Below, one piece after another: positions 61,259-64,000 of a DNA stretch of 64,000 nt; position 1 is the first letter of the stretch, and every line of letters begins with the position of its first letter. The notes under the pieces were generated by a model, which did no database searches, was not told the origin of the DNA, and was given only the letters and a program-made list of their open reading frames with translations. Source of the DNA: Planctomycetota bacterium (GTDB lineage: Bacteria; Planctomycetota; UBA1135; UBA2386); assembly GCA_046290465.1 (NCBI GenBank), contig JBKAGP010000001.1, positions 448,001 through 512,000 on the forward strand, in the 5' to 3' direction. The position numbers were made by a program, and so were the translations under genes.

Positions 61259-62779
61259 CTACGACAGCGGCGGCAGCTGGCCGGCGCGCACATAGGCCTG
61301 CTCGTAGAGGAACAGGCCGGCCTGGCCGACGACCGCGCACAGCGCCAGCAGCGCCGCGTTGGGGGCGCCGGTCAGCACCAGCAGCATGCCGAGCAGGGCC
61401 GCGACGGTGGTCGTTCCCATGCCGAAGTGGAACGCCGACAGGCCCGAGCCCGGCCACGCCTTGATCGTCGGCAGCAGCGCCGCGGCCATCTTGGCGTTGT
61501 GGGTCTCGTGCTTGCCGTGGCGCTCGAGCAGGCCGAACAGCTGGTGCACGACGGCGAGCACCAGCACCGCGACGGCGAGCTTGGTGTCCGGCACGAACGG
61601 CAGCAGCACCGCGCCGCCGACCATCAGCGCCTGCACCAGCAGGTGCGGCAGCAGCAGCCGCGTGTTCTGCCACAGGTCGCGGCCCTCGCACTGCGCGAAC
61701 AGGAACGCCGTGTAGGCGGCGGCCAGCGACGCGGCGATCAGGTTGGGCCAGCGCATCGCGTCGGCGACTTCGGTCATGCCGAGCACGCGCGCACCGAGGC
61801 TCGCGGTCGTCAGTCCGCCGAACGCCATCAGCACCCAGGCGCCCTTGACCAGCCAGCTCTTGGTCTGCGGCCGCAGCACGATCGACAGGAACTGCTTCGG
61901 CCGCTTGAGGTCGGCGACCAGCAGCACGTTGGTGACCGCGAGGAAGAACAGCGCCAGCAGCTCGGGCAGGTAGTCGCGCGCGAAGTCGCTGCCGATGCCG
62001 GTGGTCGCCAGGAACGGCGCCCACAGCGCCGCGCCGGCCGCGACGCCCTTGGTCAGCAGGTAGGCCGAGACCTTCCAGCCCCAGTGCACCTTGTGGTCGG
62101 CGTCGTAGGCGACGCGCGCGTCGCTGCGGACCAGCTTCTGCGCGTCGGCCGCGGGCAGCTCCGCCTTCGGGATCTTGCGATCGCTCCAGACGTACATGTC
62201 CTCTTCCTTCGCCGTGCCGGGCTGCAGGTTGGCCTCGTGCGCGCCGAGGTAGAAGACGTTGGGGCTGGTGCCCTGTTCGGGCCGGCGCACCTCGCTGCCG
62301 GAGACCTCCGACAGGATCTTGCTGACCGGGCTCTCGGGGTCGTGCAGGTCGCCGCTGATGATCGCGGTCTCCGGGCACACGACTTCACAGGCGGGCTTCA
62401 GGCCCTGCTCGACCCGGTGCGCACAGAAGTGGCACTTCTCGGCGCCGCCGGTGTCGGTGTTGAGGTAGAGCGCGTCGTAGGGGCACGCCTGCATGCACGC
62501 CTTGCAGCCGATGCAGACGTCCTTGTCGAGGTCGACGATGCCGTCGTCGCGCTTGTGCAGCGCCGTCACCGGGCAGATCGTGACGCACGGTGCGTTGGTG
62601 CACTGGTTGCAGCGCAGCACCGCAAAGTGCCGCTTCACCGCCGGGAACTCGCCGACCTCGGTGTACTTCACCCAGGTGCGGAAGTCGCCGACCGGCACTT
62701 CGTTTTCGGACTTGCAGGCCACGGTGCACGCGTGGCACCCGATGCAGCGACGTTGGTCGAGGACGAAACCGTATTGCAT
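61259..62779 (-). CDS. 4Fe-4S dicluster (NrfC/PsrB-like) fused to an NrfD/PsrC-like membrane anchor
   Basis: CIGCHAC..AC, CNQC..APC..ICP, CIGCKACMQACP, KCHFC..R....PAC..VCP; then WGWKVSAYL, DLKRP, SWLVKG, YTAFLF. Confidence 0.92.
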   Translation of the reverse strand: MQYGFVLDQRRCIGCHACTVACKSENEVPVGDFRTWVKYTEVGEFPAVKRHFAVLRCNQCTNAPCVTICPVTALHKRDDGIVDLDKDVCIGCKACMQACPYDALYLNTDTGGAEKCHFCAHRVEQGLKPACEVVCPETAIISGDLHDPESPVSKILSEVSGSEVRRPEQGTSPNVFYLGAHEANLQPGTAKEEDMYVWSDRKIPKAELPAADAQKLVRSDARVAYDADHKVHWGWKVSAYLLTKGVAAGAALWAPFLATTGIGSDFARDYLPELLALFFLAVTNVLLVADLKRPKQFLSIVLRPQTKSWLVKGAWVLMAFGGLTTASLGARVLGMTEVADAMRWPNLIAASLAAAYTAFLFAQCEGRDLWQNTRLLLPHLLVQALMVGGAVLLPFVPDTKLAVAVLVLAVVHQLFGLLERHGKHETHNAKMAAALLPTIKAWPGSGLSAFHFGMGTTTVAALLGMLLVLTGAPNAALLALCAVVGQAGLFLYEQAYVRAGQLPPLS

Positions 62780-63127
62780 GACTGGGAGAGCGCCGGCCAC
62801 CTTAACGATCGGCCCTGGCAGTGCGAGCGAACTCGCCCGGATCTGTCGCACGGTTGCAAGCCCTTGCCCGCGAAAGCGCTCCCGGATGGGGCCCGGGCCA
62901 CCCTCGGACCCCGTGAAATTCTCGGGGCCGCTTGCGCCCGAGGCGATCATGCTGGATGGTTCGCGCGTCTGCGAAACCTCCGCGGGCCTGTTGGTCTGGC
63001 CAAACCTGCACGATCAGTCGGCTGTAGAGAAACTCGCGCTTTCCGTTCGAAGCTGCCCGGGGACTTCTCCCTTTGACCCCCGGCAAGCGCATGACTGAGC
63101 AAAGGGGGAAGAGATCGTGAGAACCCG

Positions 63128-63700
<573 letters not shown>

Positions 63701-63835
63701 TCGGCAGGTCGCGTCCGGCTCGCGGGCCGTGCACGTGATCCCGACCAGCTGAATGCGACGCGTCCCGGGGCACCGACTGCGTGCCCGCGCGGACGTTCGA
63801 TGTCGTTGCGCACGCCCGCAGGTAGACTGCGCGGC

Positions 63836-64000
63836 GTGAGCGAACGTTCGTCCCGCATCGAATCGATCGACGCGCTGCGCGGCCTGGTGATGGTCGTGAT
63901 GGTGCTCGATCACGCGCGACACTCGCTGACGTTGTTCGGCAACCCCGAGAACGTCGCCACGACCACGCCGCTGCTGTTCCTGACGCGGTGGGTGACGCAC
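63836..64000 (+). CDS. DUF1624/HGSNAT-like membrane acyltransferase (5' part; runs off the window)
   Basis: Manual translation MSERSSRIESIDALRGLVMVVMVLDHARH...LFLTRWVTH. Confidence 0.82.
   Translation, partial: MSERSSRIESIDALRGLVMVVMVLDHARHSLTLFGNPENVATTTPLLFLTRWVTH

Noticed and set aside
62780..63063. Moco riboswitch or other ncRNA in the long divergent spacer
   Set aside because: I could not identify the conserved elements by eye; an Rfam/Infernal search would be needed.

Overview
High-GC, mostly housekeeping bacterial chromosome segment. The gene styles suggest Planctomycetota (inference from the pilin-like GFTLIEL...NVLFxDG proteins, HEAT lipoprotein, FG-GAP protein and kinase-fused sigma54 activator). 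About 55 real CDSs sit among many shadow ORFs: partial recC, eda, xerC, htpX, a serA-serB-class V aminotransferase cluster, yajC, mnmA, HU, a complete F0F1 ATP synthase operon, an orphan cheB-cheR pair, an rlmN-like gene, aspS, a Mo-oxidoreductase with a separate FeS-NrfD fusion, and an RRM protein. I saw no rRNA, tRNA, CRISPR array or transposase. Two candidate undescribed regulatory systems stand out. (1) At 45.1-54 kb, a Ser/Thr kinase-TPR-GAF-sigma54 activator is flanked by two sigma54 promoters with identical upstream architecture: two CCGG-N3-CCGG boxes 32 bp apart, the nearer one 24 bp from the -24 GG. (2) At 1.9-5.0 kb, a metal module comprises a DUF2946/CruR-like CxxC + RAP-type leader protein, an ECF sigma with a His/Cys-rich linker and no anti-sigma, and a ZIP-permease fusion; the first and last genes share an upstream GAACT-N16-TTGGC(A/C)TAAC(G/C)TGC motif. 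Window-wide patterns: Gln at +1 of nearly all predicted signal peptides, a shared C-terminal domain on unrelated secreted proteins, probable leaderless promoters, stop-codon-anchored tandem repeats and two families of dispersed repeats. All calls come from reading the sequence by eye; no searches were run.
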